A stretch of 64,000 bases of DNA, taken from positions 4,224,001 through 4,288,000 of the forward strand of contig OZ251518.1 in assembly GCA_965242965.1 (NCBI GenBank), read 5' to 3'. The notes under the pieces are model-generated. The model made no database searches, was not told where the DNA came from, and saw only the letters and a list, made by a program, of their open reading frames with translations. Shown piece after piece: positions 36,901 through 46,674 of this stretch. Positions within the stretch are counted from its first letter, which is position 1, and each line of letters starts with the position of its first letter. Position numbers and translations under genes: made by a program. The DNA comes from Candidatus Poribacteria bacterium. Its GTDB lineage: Bacteria > Poribacteria > WGA-4E > WGA-3G.

Positions 36901-38665
36901 GGCTCCGATATTGCGTCCTCTTGAGAGTTACCCCATCACCCTGGGCGTACGTGTACTTAATCTGATCAGTACCAGATACGTTGACATCAGCCTGGGTTAC
37001 TACCGGATCGTCGTCGACAGCTGTGCTGCTGCCTTCTGGGAAGATGGCGTAGGGTCCGCCCGTTATAAACGCAGACACGTCGTGAAAGATACGCAATCGC
37101 TGACCGGCGGTATAGTTATTAGAATTAAATGACACGGCGAATCCAAATTCCGGATCGTGATCGGCGAGTGTGCTCGCACGCAGGGTTGTGATTTCTTGGT
37201 AGGTGAGACCGTGGGGGTAATTCACGGTATCGAAATCAGCACCGTGGTAATGCGGCTGCCCTTTGTTACGGTGTGGGACATTGAACGGGCTCACGGTAGT
37301 GCCATCCCCGGCCAACCACCCGTGCAACAAGTCATTCAATTCAAGATGGTCCTCTGTCACCGTAAATTGGTAGACGATGGTATGGTAACCATCCTTTCCC
37401 GTATGCCCCCAGTCCCTATGGCTGGCCGCGAAGTCTGTCACGGTCCAGTTTACCAGCCCACTCCCTATGTGGCGTTCCAGTGGGTAATTGGGATTCAGGA
37501 TCCCGACATGCTCAATGCCCACGGCTGCAACTATCGACCCGCCGGCGATTTCATCGATTCGACCTAGAGGCTTATCGGCAGTGGGACCGACACCGGTAAG
37601 GCCGTAATTGCGCGCCCAGACATCGCCTCGATCGGGCCCCTTTTGACCTTCCTTGAACCATAATGGCAAATCATTTTGCCTCCAATCGACGCTACGGGCT
37701 TCGTGATGAAATTCTTCCGGATCCTTCGTATTCGGAACCACGAATTCCGTTACCGCTGTATAGTAACGAAGTTTGACGTTGATGGCAATGGCGACGATAT
37801 CCCCGGGGACCACCGTATCATTTTGCCCGGGCATGACACGCCCACTGTTGCCGGGTTTGCTCTTATCTTCTATCAGTTCGCCGCTCGTCGGATCGATATC
37901 AACCCAGAAGTGGGTGTCATCCACGTCATCCAGGGCAACGTTTTTATCAAGGATCTGCTTATAGTCCTTCCATAAGGACGGGAAAACCCGCGCGCGCCGG
38001 TTTGGAAAACCGGGCGGCACAATAACACGACTCGTGAGGGTCAAGGGAAGGGCAAAGCCTGATTCAAAGTTGTCACCTTCGACCCAAAGGTCCTCGCCAT
38101 CCTCGTCATCGGTATTTATCAGCGGCGTGGTTTTCGGATTTTTATAGACCCGTATCCACTCAATCTCAAAATGCTTCGGATGGATAGCGGTCGTATTGCC
38201 ACCAAAGAAGGCATCAATATTAAACCCATGGCTGTGGCCGTGGGCCGCAGCCGCCACCGAAGTAAACGATGTCGCTGGCAACGAATGGGCTATCAACCGC
38301 TTGCCGACATCCGTATTAGTGATGTGATCCAATCCATCAGAATCGGCATCCTGTTGCGTGAAGTTGTCGTGGCTCTCTCCCGGCGGTGCAAGCACCGTCA
38401 GCAGCCCGAATGTGAGCAGCAGGCAGCCTATCAAAACGGGATGGATGCGCGCGGCGGACCGCGGGTGTCCCCCGTCCTTCTGCGCCTTCCTGCTAAGAAC
38501 TGCAGGATTTAACGGTTTGTGAAGGGGGGGGTCAATTGGATGGAACGCGTCACCGGATAGCGCAAGCGCGCGGAATCTTTGCAGCGGGTGCTGCAATAAC
38601 GCGGTGACGGCAGGTTTCAGGCGGGCGGCAATGCCCGCGAAAATGAAAGAGAATAGGATTCTCAT
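33977..38665 (-). CDS. Large secreted/surface protein with two lamin-tail-like domains
   Basis: VVFNELGN..DWLEFRN and TISEIMF..QWIELYN (LTD-like); GTPGY; LPVELSSF Ig-like end; terminal VSPANRSLTTFGEVK. Confidence 0.85.
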   Translation of the reverse strand: MRILFSFIFAGIAARLKPAVTALLQHPLQRFRALALSGDAFHPIDPPLHKPLNPAVLSRKAQKDGGHPRSAARIHPVLIGCLLLTFGLLTVLAPPGESHDNFTQQDADSDGLDHITNTDVGKRLIAHSLPATSFTSVAAAAHGHSHGFNIDAFFGGNTTAIHPKHFEIEWIRVYKNPKTTPLINTDDEDGEDLWVEGDNFESGFALPLTLTSRVIVPPGFPNRRARVFPSLWKDYKQILDKNVALDDVDDTHFWVDIDPTSGELIEDKSKPGNSGRVMPGQNDTVVPGDIVAIAINVKLRYYTAVTEFVVPNTKDPEEFHHEARSVDWRQNDLPLWFKEGQKGPDRGDVWARNYGLTGVGPTADKPLGRIDEIAGGSIVAAVGIEHVGILNPNYPLERHIGSGLVNWTVTDFAASHRDWGHTGKDGYHTIVYQFTVTEDHLELNDLLHGWLAGDGTTVSPFNVPHRNKGQPHYHGADFDTVNYPHGLTYQEITTLRASTLADHDPEFGFAVSFNSNNYTAGQRLRIFHDVSAFITGGPYAIFPEGSSTAVDDDPVVTQADVNVSGTDQIKYTYAQGDGVTLKRTQYRSHRRTFTADEANRLISQSRTTINYAGRYKRGPGPFHGIRNIDLDRNSDGLIDYFPIVDIEADSTNANGRVRHYAVSDGFYELHEETKLPHYFPPTYDGTVDYPAVVMPVAAMTEIVVPSGTQTGPFTLTLRFQEDYSAVEHGKSPAFHDLTDEELLSTLQTALSAGVGDSTVTVSRPEAADRWLQYPVRVVPPLGFKGALTFQVPEDTVFAHLDPLGNVASAAVTVQVDTTLQELEVGAPEIVAPETDVYNAGDKLTVELPFATTGLTYEGENPPYVRIYLGEQVAENARDAIWQQGEERSGSTIVPFVYVLQASDVAILQALDPAAQTVHPESRLGIPAGTRLVDREAGLALQGSDRVAVGAGVVAPPLSDTGDGGLSLQDASGSELGPVTLDVPLPPKPPEVIYLPPDDTVSKAVASAVPLSPVVFNELGNGSGDTNDWLEFRNITGSDVSLKDWELSVVADGKKEDTSLIVFPDVSVPANGLLLITNSASDKTPLAGGQNKGLSHASLVDDGLSLPDDGKFLLILRNAKEKLGLDEAFIDVAGGGGSDTDAFIRDETGDYDTHVWPLQVLEAPGDATEDALSSGKVWQRAKADIIGYHRDAWAEAAFTGIGYDRKVSKSAATAGTPGYPNGAVKTEAATPKGAVTISEIMFDSEGGTLPQWIELYNKSKTEALNLNRWQLEIQNRNSGDLVGRPIVTLTLQEKVIQPNQTLLIVAGNARASSADVFPEDRVYNLLKLHEKNLRIKTARDTFLSGEGFYLKLSDRNGTKIDEVGNIDDNRRTDDAPVWVWPTNRRDGARSSVVRRYDKGAVARDGMLKSNWALAAHFNKFKVESLHYGHADDIGTPGYRQGGALPVELSSFTLTRTDAGPVVVTWTTESEVDNAGFNLRRSLKRESGFTLLNPVLIAGAGTTGERQTYTFTDTSAKPGIEYYYQIEEVSLGGRPEVLRTRYLPGPVSPANRSLTTFGEVKQRE

Positions 38666-38722
38666 TAGTTTTTTCTCCTTTAAATTGATGCGAAAAATGA
38701 TTGAAAATTAAACACTGTATTA

Positions 38723-38751
38723 ATTATACCATTTTTTTACGTTTTTGTCAA
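38723..38751 (-). promoter_or_regulatory. Consensus sigma70 promoter
   Basis: TTGACA-17-TATAAT with TGG before the -10, minus strand. Confidence 0.8.
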
Positions 38752-38767
38752 ATTAAAAAATATGAGC

Positions 38768-39105
38768 GGGATTTTGAGCAGGATTTTCAAGATTTTTCAA
38801 GATTTCACAGGATTAGGGCTCTGGCTACGTTGAAACGGAAACGGCCTTGACAACCGTAGCGCGGGGGCCTGTCCCCCGCGATCGTCCGACCTACGCGAAA
38901 AACGCACGCAGACAAACGCCGTTTCCCAGATCGAGGCATGGCGAGGGACAGGCCCTCGCCCTACGGTAAGCGGGGCGTTTTTTTTCACCGTAGCGCGGGG
39001 GCCTGTCCCCCGCGATCGTTCGATCCGCGCGAAAACCGCACGCAGACCAACGCCGTTTCCCTTCCGACCGAGGCATGGCGAGGGACAGGCCCTCGCCCTA
39101 CGGTA
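38768..39105. repeat. Tandem REPIN units
   Basis: Two GTAGCGCGGGGG...GGCGAGGGACAGGCCCTCGCCCTAC pairs preceded by 9-bp GATTTTCAA repeats. Confidence 0.85.
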
Positions 39106-39236
39106 AACGGCACGCTTTTTTACCGCAATCGTTCGACCCGCGCGAAAAACGCACGCAAACCAAAGCACAAAAATTTCTTGATTTGCAAACCGCTTTCGTT
39201 TACAATAGAAAACACTATCAAAGGAGATATTTCATC

Positions 39237-40268
39237 ATGGCACAGACACATACGCATACAACGCCAGCATCGCTAATGATCCCAGCATCGGAGACAGCGG
39301 CGCAGATGGCACAAGCAGCAACGCAGTTTTTGGATACGCTGACTCCGCCTCTCCGCCAACAGGCAGCTCTTCCGTTTGATGGAAACGAACGGTTCCGGTG
39401 GCACTATATTCCGGTCGAGATGTGGGATAGGAAAGGAGTCTCGCTCAAGGAATTGAACCCGCAACAGCAAGGAGCCGCCTTCGCGCTCATGGAGAGCGGG
39501 CTCAGCGCGGGGGGGTATCAGAAAGCACGCGCGATTATCAATCTGGAGACGACGCTTGGGGAAATTGAACGGGCAGCCGGACAGGCGAGACTCGCCCGCG
39601 ACCCGGCATCCTACTTTTTCACCGTATTCGGTGACCCGGGCGGCAACGGTGCATGGGGATGGCGCGCCGAAGGACACCACGTTTCCCTCAACTTCACCGT
39701 CGTCAATCGCGAACTGATTTCGCCGAACCCGTTCTTCTTCGGCTCTAATCCGGCCGAGGTCCCGTCTGGCGACAAGAAGGGATTGCGGGTGCTCGCGGCG
39801 GAAGAAGACATCGCACGAGAACTGCTCTGCACGCTCACTACTGAACAGAAGGGACAGGGCATCATCAACGCGGATGCACCATCCGATATTTTGACGCGCG
39901 ATGTGCCGAAAGTGGAGTTTGACGCAGTGGAGGGATTGCCCGCCGAATCCATGGAAACGCATCAGCGCGAGATTTTGATGAAGTTGGTGCATGAATACGT
40001 AGACAGGCTTCCTGACGAGGTTGCTGCGATTGAGCATCGCAAACTGCGCGAGGGAAGCGTCAACGATATTCATTTCGCGTGGGCAGGCGGCGAGGCGCGC
40101 GGGATGCCGCACTATTACCGCCTCCACGGGCCGTTCTTCTTTGTGGAATACGATAACACGCAGAACAATGCGAACCACATCCACTCGGTCTGGCGGCACA
40201 TCGCCGATGATTTCGGGGTAGATTTGCTGCGGTTGCATTATGACAAGGCGGCGCATCATACGCATTAG
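39237..40268 (+). CDS. DUF3500-like protein
   Basis: WHYIP, YFFTVFGDP, WGWRAEGHHVSLN, HYYRLHGP and ANHIHSVWR motifs. Confidence 0.85.
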   Translation: MAQTHTHTTPASLMIPASETAAQMAQAATQFLDTLTPPLRQQAALPFDGNERFRWHYIPVEMWDRKGVSLKELNPQQQGAAFALMESGLSAGGYQKARAIINLETTLGEIERAAGQARLARDPASYFFTVFGDPGGNGAWGWRAEGHHVSLNFTVVNRELISPNPFFFGSNPAEVPSGDKKGLRVLAAEEDIARELLCTLTTEQKGQGIINADAPSDILTRDVPKVEFDAVEGLPAESMETHQREILMKLVHEYVDRLPDEVAAIEHRKLREGSVNDIHFAWAGGEARGMPHYYRLHGPFFFVEYDNTQNNANHIHSVWRHIADDFGVDLLRLHYDKAAHHTH

Positions 40269-40377
40269 GTTCTCAATTGGCGGGTTATTTTCGCGCGGCC
40301 AAAGGCGAACCCCGCCTTGACCCGTAACGATCGCCCGCGTACCCGATGGTTTACGGTAATCGTCACGCTTTTTTTCA

Positions 40378-40633
40378 CCGTAGCGCGGGGGCCTGTCCCC
40401 CGCGAGCGTTCGGTGGACCGCAGCGTGGCGAGGGACAGGCCCTCGCCCTACGGTAATCGGCACGTTTTTTCACCGTAGCGCGGGGGCCTGTCCCCCGCGA
40501 GCGCCCGCGGGCCCAGTGACCGTAGTTCGGGAGCGCCTGCTCCCGAACGGCGCATGGCGGAGAACCCTTGGCCCGTAACGCGGGGGCCTGTCCCCCGCGA
40601 TCGTTGCATGGCGAGGGACAGCTCGCCCTACGG
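40378..40633. repeat. REP cluster
   Basis: Several GTAG-REP hairpins between convergent genes. Confidence 0.85.
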
Positions 40634-40650
40634 CGAAGGAATCAATACTT

Positions 40651-41481
40651 CTATCGCGCGGATTTCAGGAATCCCCACGTCGTCGTCAACTTATCCGCAG
40701 GTTCAACGGGAAGCACCTCATCGGTAAGTGTGACGAGCCCCGTATGCTCCGAATTTTTTCCAAAGACGATCGAGTGCATGTACCACCCGCTCCATCCCTT
40801 CTGGCCTTCTTGCCCGGCACCTTTATCTCCATCGTTGACGCAGATGCCGAGGCCGAATTCATCCCCCGCGCTGAATTTTTTGCCCTTTACCTGCAACTCT
40901 TCAGCACTAAAGCGGAGTTCGTAGTAGGTTTTCTTCACCGCTTCGTCTCGGATGACGACGATGTCATCGTCAGGGACAAGACCTGCGCCGCCAGGGTTTT
41001 CGTTCAATGCGCCCGGGAGGATATTCTCAGCCTTATCGTCTAGACCGATATTGTATAGCCACATCGGGATGCCGGGATTCCGTTTGCCGCTCATTTCAAA
41101 GGCGAGTTGCGCGCCATCGCCGTTCCATGCGGCATCAGCGGCATGCTCATGTTCATCATCGGTAACGATGAGGGCAATGTAAACAGCGTCTTTATCCCAA
41201 ACTATCATAAAGCACGTCTCGTGGTCTTCGGCACCTTCCCACTTTCCGCCCTGGTGTGTCTCAAAGACATTGCCTTGGTATTCCACACCACAGAACGGGT
41301 TTCCATCGGTACCGGTGACAGCTTCTAATATGCCTTCCCATTCGCCCAGATCACCGTCAATTTCTACCTCTACGCCGGTGAGTGCGTTATAGGCATCGTG
41401 CGTTTTGCTCCGCCACTGTGCATTGGCGGCAGTGGCGATAATCATGAGCAGTGTCATGATAAACATCATTAACTTTTTCAT
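40651..41481 (-). CDS. Secreted CBM9-like sugar-binding protein
   Basis: Signal peptide; IDGDLGEW, WDKDAVYIAL.VTDD, GICVNDGD; terminal VEPADKLTTTWGFLK. Confidence 0.8.
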   Translation of the reverse strand: MKKLMMFIMTLLMIIATAANAQWRSKTHDAYNALTGVEVEIDGDLGEWEGILEAVTGTDGNPFCGVEYQGNVFETHQGGKWEGAEDHETCFMIVWDKDAVYIALIVTDDEHEHAADAAWNGDGAQLAFEMSGKRNPGIPMWLYNIGLDDKAENILPGALNENPGGAGLVPDDDIVVIRDEAVKKTYYELRFSAEELQVKGKKFSAGDEFGLGICVNDGDKGAGQEGQKGWSGWYMHSIVFGKNSEHTGLVTLTDEVLPVEPADKLTTTWGFLKSAR

Positions 41482-41577
41482 CTTTTTTCTCCTTTGATTT
41501 TGGTTTGTTCGGTTTCAGATTCTGCCTTTGGCGCGTCGTGCGGGGATGAGGCGAACCCTGCTTGGCCCGTTTTTTCA

Positions 41578-41950
41578 CCGTAGCGCGGGGGCCTGTCCCC
41601 CGCGATCGCCCGCGGGCCCAGTGACCGTAGTTCGGGATCGCCTGATCCCGAACGGCGCATAGCGAAGAACCCCTTCTTGGCCCGTAGCGCGGGGGCCTGT
41701 CCCCCGCGAGCGTTGATCTACGCGAAAAACGCACGCCAGCCAAGGCCATTCCCTGGTCCGATCGAGGCATGGCGAGGGAAACCCTCTCGTATGCGCGTGT
41801 GGCATCCGAGGGCCCTCGCTCTACGGTAATCGGCACGTTTTTCCCCCGAGATCGTTCGCGTGCCCGATAGCATGGCGAGGGACAGGCCCTCGCCCTACGG
41901 GGCCGGGGAGCGTTCTTAGTACCGTAGCGCGGGGGCCTGTCCCCCGCGAT
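41578..41950. repeat. REP cluster
   Basis: Multiple GTAG-REP hairpins, partly duplicating 40473-40633. Confidence 0.85.
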
Positions 41951-41969
41951 CTCCAGCGGGCCAGAATTG

Positions 41970-43511
41970 CTACCGATTATCAGGAATTTGCGTAGGAACA
42001 GCATCTCCCAAACAGAAAATATACCGGCCGCTTGAACCAATGTAAAGTTTCCCATTGGCAATAGCAGGCGATGAATAAAATTGGATCCCGCGCCCAACAC
42101 CACGAACATACCGGACATCAAACTCCCACAGCACCTCGCCGGTTTCAAAGGCGAGCGCATAGACATGCCCAGTGTTGCTTCCGACATAGACTGCGTCCGG
42201 TGTGACAGCCGGTGAGGAAACAATCGGGCCTCCAAGGAAAGTTTTCCAGATGAGTTCCCCATCGGCTGCAGCGAGAGTATAAACGTGTCCATCGCGGGAA
42301 CCGAAAGTCACCTTTCCATCGCGGTTCGCTATAGCCGTGTGGACAGCATCTTTTGCCTCGTATTCCCACACTATCTCGCCAGTCTCGGCGTGAAGCGCGA
42401 CGGCTTTACCTCTGGCGAGCGGCGCGCTTTCAGAGAAATTCCCCGTTCCTGTCCCAAAGAATACGAGGTTTTCATGGACACTCGGACTCCCCCAGACAGG
42501 ATACGCCATCTGTTTCGTCCAGATTTCTTTGCCTGTCTGTGCCGCAACGGCATACACGCGGTAGTCGCCATAGCCGGTGCCGAAGTAAACTTTCCCGGCG
42601 TGGACAACAGGCGCGATGTCGGCGTGGACATCAGGATAGTGCCAAATCTCCTGGCCCTCCAGCGCATCGATACAATACACGCCATCTCCACCGGCGGTAA
42701 AGTAGAGTTTGCCTTCGCTGATGAAAGGGGTTGACTCAACGTGACTCGTTGTCTTAAAACGCCAGATTAGCTCGCCACTTTTAGCATCAAGGCAGGTGAG
42801 GTGGCATCCGCTATCCTGATGAAATCCCTCGCCGATGTAGACACGGCCGCCGGCAACGGCAGGCGAAGAGAAAATCGGGATTTCGGAGGCGTGCCGCCAA
42901 AGCACTTCACCGGTATCCGCATCAAGGCAGTATGTCGCACCGCCGATGGAGAAAATCGAACCTTGCGATGCACCGATATAGAGCCGATTGCCCACAACCG
43001 CCGGCGACGACGAAAAGTCAACTGCCACCGAACCAGGGGCATTGCAAACCCACGCGACGTTTCCGCTGGTCGGACCGGGGAGTTCATCGGCGTGGCCGGT
43101 GCGGGTTGCGCCATTGCGGAAAGTTATCCAAGGCCGCATTGCCGCCGTGCTAAGCTGCGGCGTGTGTGAACGCGCAGTCGGTGCAGGCTGCAGGGACATC
43201 GTCACGAGTTGATACGTTCCCCACGCGAGGCTGAGGAGGATAACCAGACTCAACACCGATGTGAGGACTTTGTGCGCCGCTGCGAAATCGCGCAACCGGT
43301 AGAGGAGCATTTTCAGTGTATCCCGCGCGAACACGAGTGCCGTTATCAACGCGATGCCGACAAACGCCAGTATCTGTGGTATCAGACCGAGGAGTGCCGA
43401 CAGCGGTCCGAGCAGTTGCGGAATTACTGCCTCCGCCGGCTTCGCGAAGCGCGTCAAGGCGAGGAGGCACATTAGTGACAAGACGAAGATGATTTTTCTC
43501 ATTTTTCTCAT
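41970..43511 (-). CDS. Membrane-anchored PQQ-like beta-propeller (BamB-like) protein
   Basis: N-terminal hydrophobic segments; repeated SSPAV..G.VY.G / LDA.TGE..W. Confidence 0.88.
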   Translation of the reverse strand: MRKMRKIIFVLSLMCLLALTRFAKPAEAVIPQLLGPLSALLGLIPQILAFVGIALITALVFARDTLKMLLYRLRDFAAAHKVLTSVLSLVILLSLAWGTYQLVTMSLQPAPTARSHTPQLSTAAMRPWITFRNGATRTGHADELPGPTSGNVAWVCNAPGSVAVDFSSSPAVVGNRLYIGASQGSIFSIGGATYCLDADTGEVLWRHASEIPIFSSPAVAGGRVYIGEGFHQDSGCHLTCLDAKSGELIWRFKTTSHVESTPFISEGKLYFTAGGDGVYCIDALEGQEIWHYPDVHADIAPVVHAGKVYFGTGYGDYRVYAVAAQTGKEIWTKQMAYPVWGSPSVHENLVFFGTGTGNFSESAPLARGKAVALHAETGEIVWEYEAKDAVHTAIANRDGKVTFGSRDGHVYTLAAADGELIWKTFLGGPIVSSPAVTPDAVYVGSNTGHVYALAFETGEVLWEFDVRYVRGVGRGIQFYSSPAIANGKLYIGSSGRYIFCLGDAVPTQIPDNR

Positions 43512-43543
43512 TTTTTTTCGTGTTGCGTTACCCCACGCTTATT

Positions 43544-43839
43544 GAGGGTGTTCCATAAATCGCTCAATGTCGCGGTGACAGGCCCCGCGCTGCGGTGAAA
43601 AAAACGCCGCCCCTTCACGTAGGGCTTGGGCCCTCGCCTGCCACACGCGCAGGCGAGCGGGTTCCCCTCGCCATGCGTTTGGCTGTCAGCCCGCCTCACA
43701 CCTGTAGTTCAGGATCGCCTGATCCTGAACCGTTCGGGAGCAGGCGCTCCCGAACTACAGAAGTGGGCCCGATGCCTGCCGGTATTCGCCCGCCCTCCAA
43801 GGCGGGATAGATACCGAAACGGAGTTATGAAACACCCTC
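43544..43839. mobile_element. Second copy of the REP-carrying MITE
   Basis: TIRs GAGGGTGTTCCATAA / TTATGAAACACCCTC; colinear with 29561-29861; flanks GCTTATT / GCCTATT. Confidence 0.8.
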
Positions 43840-43841
43840 GC

Positions 43842-44993
43842 CTATTGGGCATCCGCCAGAAAATCAAGGGCGAAATGCAACAGGTTCTCTAGCATCGCCC
43901 GATTCCGAGAAACGTTTGACTCCCTGCCGTTGTGAAGGCTCGTGATGAGATACATGCCTTTTCCATGCCTCAGCGTCGCCACCACGATTTCCTTTCCGTT
44001 CTCGGTTGTTGCAAGCACCTTGTATTTTTTGTTCCACCCGTTCCAGCCATCGTCTATTGCGACTTTACCAGACCGGATGCGGTTCGGTTTCTTGAAGAGT
44101 TGTCCGGCTGCCGCTGTCGGTGTGAAATCGCGCCGCGAGGGACTTTCTACACCGCGGAGCGGCTCTGGTAACCATCCTGTCTCACAGGGCCGATTTTTAT
44201 CGCTATCCTGTCCGGAAACGATGACAACGCCGCCGTTTTTGACGAAGTCTCTGATGCGCTTTTCTTGGCGGGCATGGAGATGGTATTTATCTGCTGAGAG
44301 GGCGCGGAAGCCAAGCCACAGGATATTCGCGCCGCTGAGCCCGGGCAAACTCCTGTCCCCGGTGGCATCGTAGGCGACATGCAGTTCGCTCGCGATGCGA
44401 GAAATCGCTTGGTGTTCAATACGAGACGTGTCCGCCCTGAGTAAGAGGAGACGCGTCGCGCCCGGGTCGGAAATGCTTTCTTCCGGAGACTCGCGCAACA
44501 TCGTCCGCAATTCTTCCTGAAACTTCGGCGTTGAGGTTCGTTTGGAAGACTTGCTGTCGTTCAGATATTTTTCGATGTGCGTTAAGCCCCACCATACCTT
44601 GCTTTTATCCCTCCGGTCTTGTCCTTTGACTTGGAACCAGGTGCCGTTTGCATGCACCAAACTATCAAGGCGCGCGCCCTCTTTCGCGTAAAAGACAAGC
44701 ACAGGTGTATCGCGCTTCAATAACGCCAGCACCTTTCGCGGATAGTTCGCTTGCCCAACGTCAAGCCGAATCTGAATTGTCTCAAATTCGCTCTGGCCCT
44801 TCAGGTTTTCTTTCACCTTGACTTTCACGGTTAGCCGTTTGGTGTTCACTTCTGTCACGGTGCCGGTGACGATGTTGGAACATTCTTCAACGATTTGTTC
44901 GACGGTATAACGTCGTTTGATGTAGCCTTCCGCTTGCCATACGGCGGCAATAGCGAAAAGGCAAATGAGACAAAAGATTTTTCGTTTTTTCAT
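43842..44993 (-). CDS. Exported hypothetical protein (C-terminal class I glutamine amidotransferase-like fold)
   Basis: Signal peptide; IRDFVKNGGVVIVSGQ and HGKGMYLITSL...LENLL pattern. Confidence 0.7.
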   Translation of the reverse strand: MKKRKIFCLICLFAIAAVWQAEGYIKRRYTVEQIVEECSNIVTGTVTEVNTKRLTVKVKVKENLKGQSEFETIQIRLDVGQANYPRKVLALLKRDTPVLVFYAKEGARLDSLVHANGTWFQVKGQDRRDKSKVWWGLTHIEKYLNDSKSSKRTSTPKFQEELRTMLRESPEESISDPGATRLLLLRADTSRIEHQAISRIASELHVAYDATGDRSLPGLSGANILWLGFRALSADKYHLHARQEKRIRDFVKNGGVVIVSGQDSDKNRPCETGWLPEPLRGVESPSRRDFTPTAAAGQLFKKPNRIRSGKVAIDDGWNGWNKKYKVLATTENGKEIVVATLRHGKGMYLITSLHNGRESNVSRNRAMLENLLHFALDFLADAQ

Positions 44994-45007
44994 GATGGGT
45001 AACCTCA

Positions 45008-45225
45008 CGGTGTTTCATAAATCGTTCAACGTCGCGGTGAAAAAACGCCTCCCTTTACGTAGGGCGAGGGCCCTCGCATGCCACATCTCTGTAGGGCAGG
45101 AGCACCTGCTCCTGACCCGTTCGGGTGCAGGCGCACCCGAACTACAGAGGTGGGCCGGATGCCTTCCCGTAGGCGAGACCTCCGGGTCTCGATTCCGTAT
45201 CGGGACAAGGATGTCCCTCCTACCG
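45008..45225. repeat. Partial MITE end + REP cluster
   Basis: GGTGTTTCATAAATCGTTCAACGTCGCGG left end followed by REPs; no right TIR seen. Confidence 0.7.
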
Positions 45226-45237
45226 TGGACGCTGCAA

Positions 45238-45552
45238 TTACTGCACCTTAACGGCGGTGCCGCTCGCACTCACCATCAACATGCTGTCCCCGATGACTTC
45301 GTAATCGATGTCAACGCCGACAACAGCGTTTGCGCCGCGCTGCTGCGCAAGTTGTTGCATTTCATTGAGCGCAGTTTCACGTCCATCAGCCAATTTGCTC
45401 TCGTAAGTGCCAGAACGGCCGCCGACTAAATCGGTAATCCCGGCGATGAAATCGCGAAAGACATTCGCGCCCATAATGGCCTCCCCGGTAACAATGCCGA
45501 GGTATTCCGTAATCTGTCGTCCTTCAACGTTATGTGTAGTCGTCGTAATCAT
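45238..45552 (-). CDS. YbjQ/UPF0145 family protein
   Basis: [21 protein letters not shown]...[12 protein letters not shown]...ASGTAV. Confidence 0.92.
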   Translation of the reverse strand: MITTTTHNVEGRQITEYLGIVTGEAIMGANVFRDFIAGITDLVGGRSGTYESKLADGRETALNEMQQLAQQRGANAVVGVDIDYEVIGDSMLMVSASGTAVKVQ

Positions 45553-45568
45553 GCAAATCTCCTTACTG

Positions 45569-46663
45569 TTATTGCGCTTTGCCGCGCGCCGCGATATCCC
45601 ACACGGATTCGACAATGCCATCGCGGATACCGTAATACCTATCGTGAAGGTTCACCGTGGTGCAGCAATGCGTCGGTAAAATTTCAAGTTTATCCCCGGG
45701 TGTGAGGGATACGCTTGCATCAGCGTTCAGCTTCCCGTGTTCTTCGGACAATCCAGCCATCTCCAACCCCTCAATGCCGAGGGGTTGCGGAATGCCGAAC
45801 TCTTTTGCCAGCACCTTCATGCCAGTGTCAACGATAACCCGTTCTGGCATAGGACGACTGACGACGGTTGCCAAGACAGTCAACGCGCACGCAAAATGCT
45901 CACCGACCCCTTCAACGTTACCGTAAGTGGCATCCATGAAGATGTAAGAACCGGCTTGCACTTCTGTCATTTCTGGAACACTCCCGGTGATGCTAAAAGT
46001 GCCGGTGCCGCCGCCGCTCATAATTGAGACAGGGACACCGTGCTTTTCGAGGTGGTGCTTCGTATCTACCAATAACTGGACAGACTGACGCGCCGCAGCC
46101 TTGCGTTCGGCGTAGTTCGGCTTGGCGACGGTGTGTCCTTCGTAACCCATCAACCCCTCAAATTGCAGGTTGGAGGAACGCAGCACGTGACGCGCCAATT
46201 CCAACGCAGGCTGCCCCGGTTCAACGCCGCAGCGGTTCATCCCGGTGTTCACCTCTATTAAGATTCGGACGGTTACGCCTTTCGCTGCCGCCGCATCTGA
46301 AATGTCCGTGACGTTTTGCGCGTTATCAACGGCCACCATAATCTCAGACTGCTTGGCGAGATTGACGAGGCGCGCTATCTTCTGCCTACCGAGGATCTGA
46401 TTGGCCACCAGCACGTCTCGGATACCCGCGTGGATTACGGCTTCTGCTTCGCCGAGTTTCGCGCAGGTAATCCCGATGGCACCGGCGGCAATCTGTTTAT
46501 GCGCGAGCATCGGCGTTTTATGCGTTTTGAGGTGCGGCCGGAGCCCCGCGTTCACCGTAGTGAAATAATCCGCCATCGTCTGGATATTGGACTCCATCTT
46601 ATCCAAATCAATCAGCAGCGCGGGCGTATCCAATTCGGTTTTGTGCATCCCTATCAGCGACAT
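45569..46663 (-). CDS. DSD1 / D-threonine aldolase-like PLP enzyme
   Basis: [33 protein letters not shown] and [10 protein letters not shown] motifs. Confidence 0.92.
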   Translation of the reverse strand: MSLIGMHKTELDTPALLIDLDKMESNIQTMADYFTTVNAGLRPHLKTHKTPMLAHKQIAAGAIGITCAKLGEAEAVIHAGIRDVLVANQILGRQKIARLVNLAKQSEIMVAVDNAQNVTDISDAAAAKGVTVRILIEVNTGMNRCGVEPGQPALELARHVLRSSNLQFEGLMGYEGHTVAKPNYAERKAAARQSVQLLVDTKHHLEKHGVPVSIMSGGGTGTFSITGSVPEMTEVQAGSYIFMDATYGNVEGVGEHFACALTVLATVVSRPMPERVIVDTGMKVLAKEFGIPQPLGIEGLEMAGLSEEHGKLNADASVSLTPGDKLEILPTHCCTTVNLHDRYYGIRDGIVESVWDIAARGKAQ

Positions 46664-46674
46664 CAGGGCACCTC

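Noticed and set aside
39273-40463. 396-aa minus-strand ORF
   Set aside because: Antisense shadow of the DUF3500-like gene, starting in REP sequence
41387-42292. 301-aa ORF and similar ORFs with RGTGPRAT / GDRPPRYG / ARACPSP peptides
   Set aside because: These peptides are translations of REP palindromes
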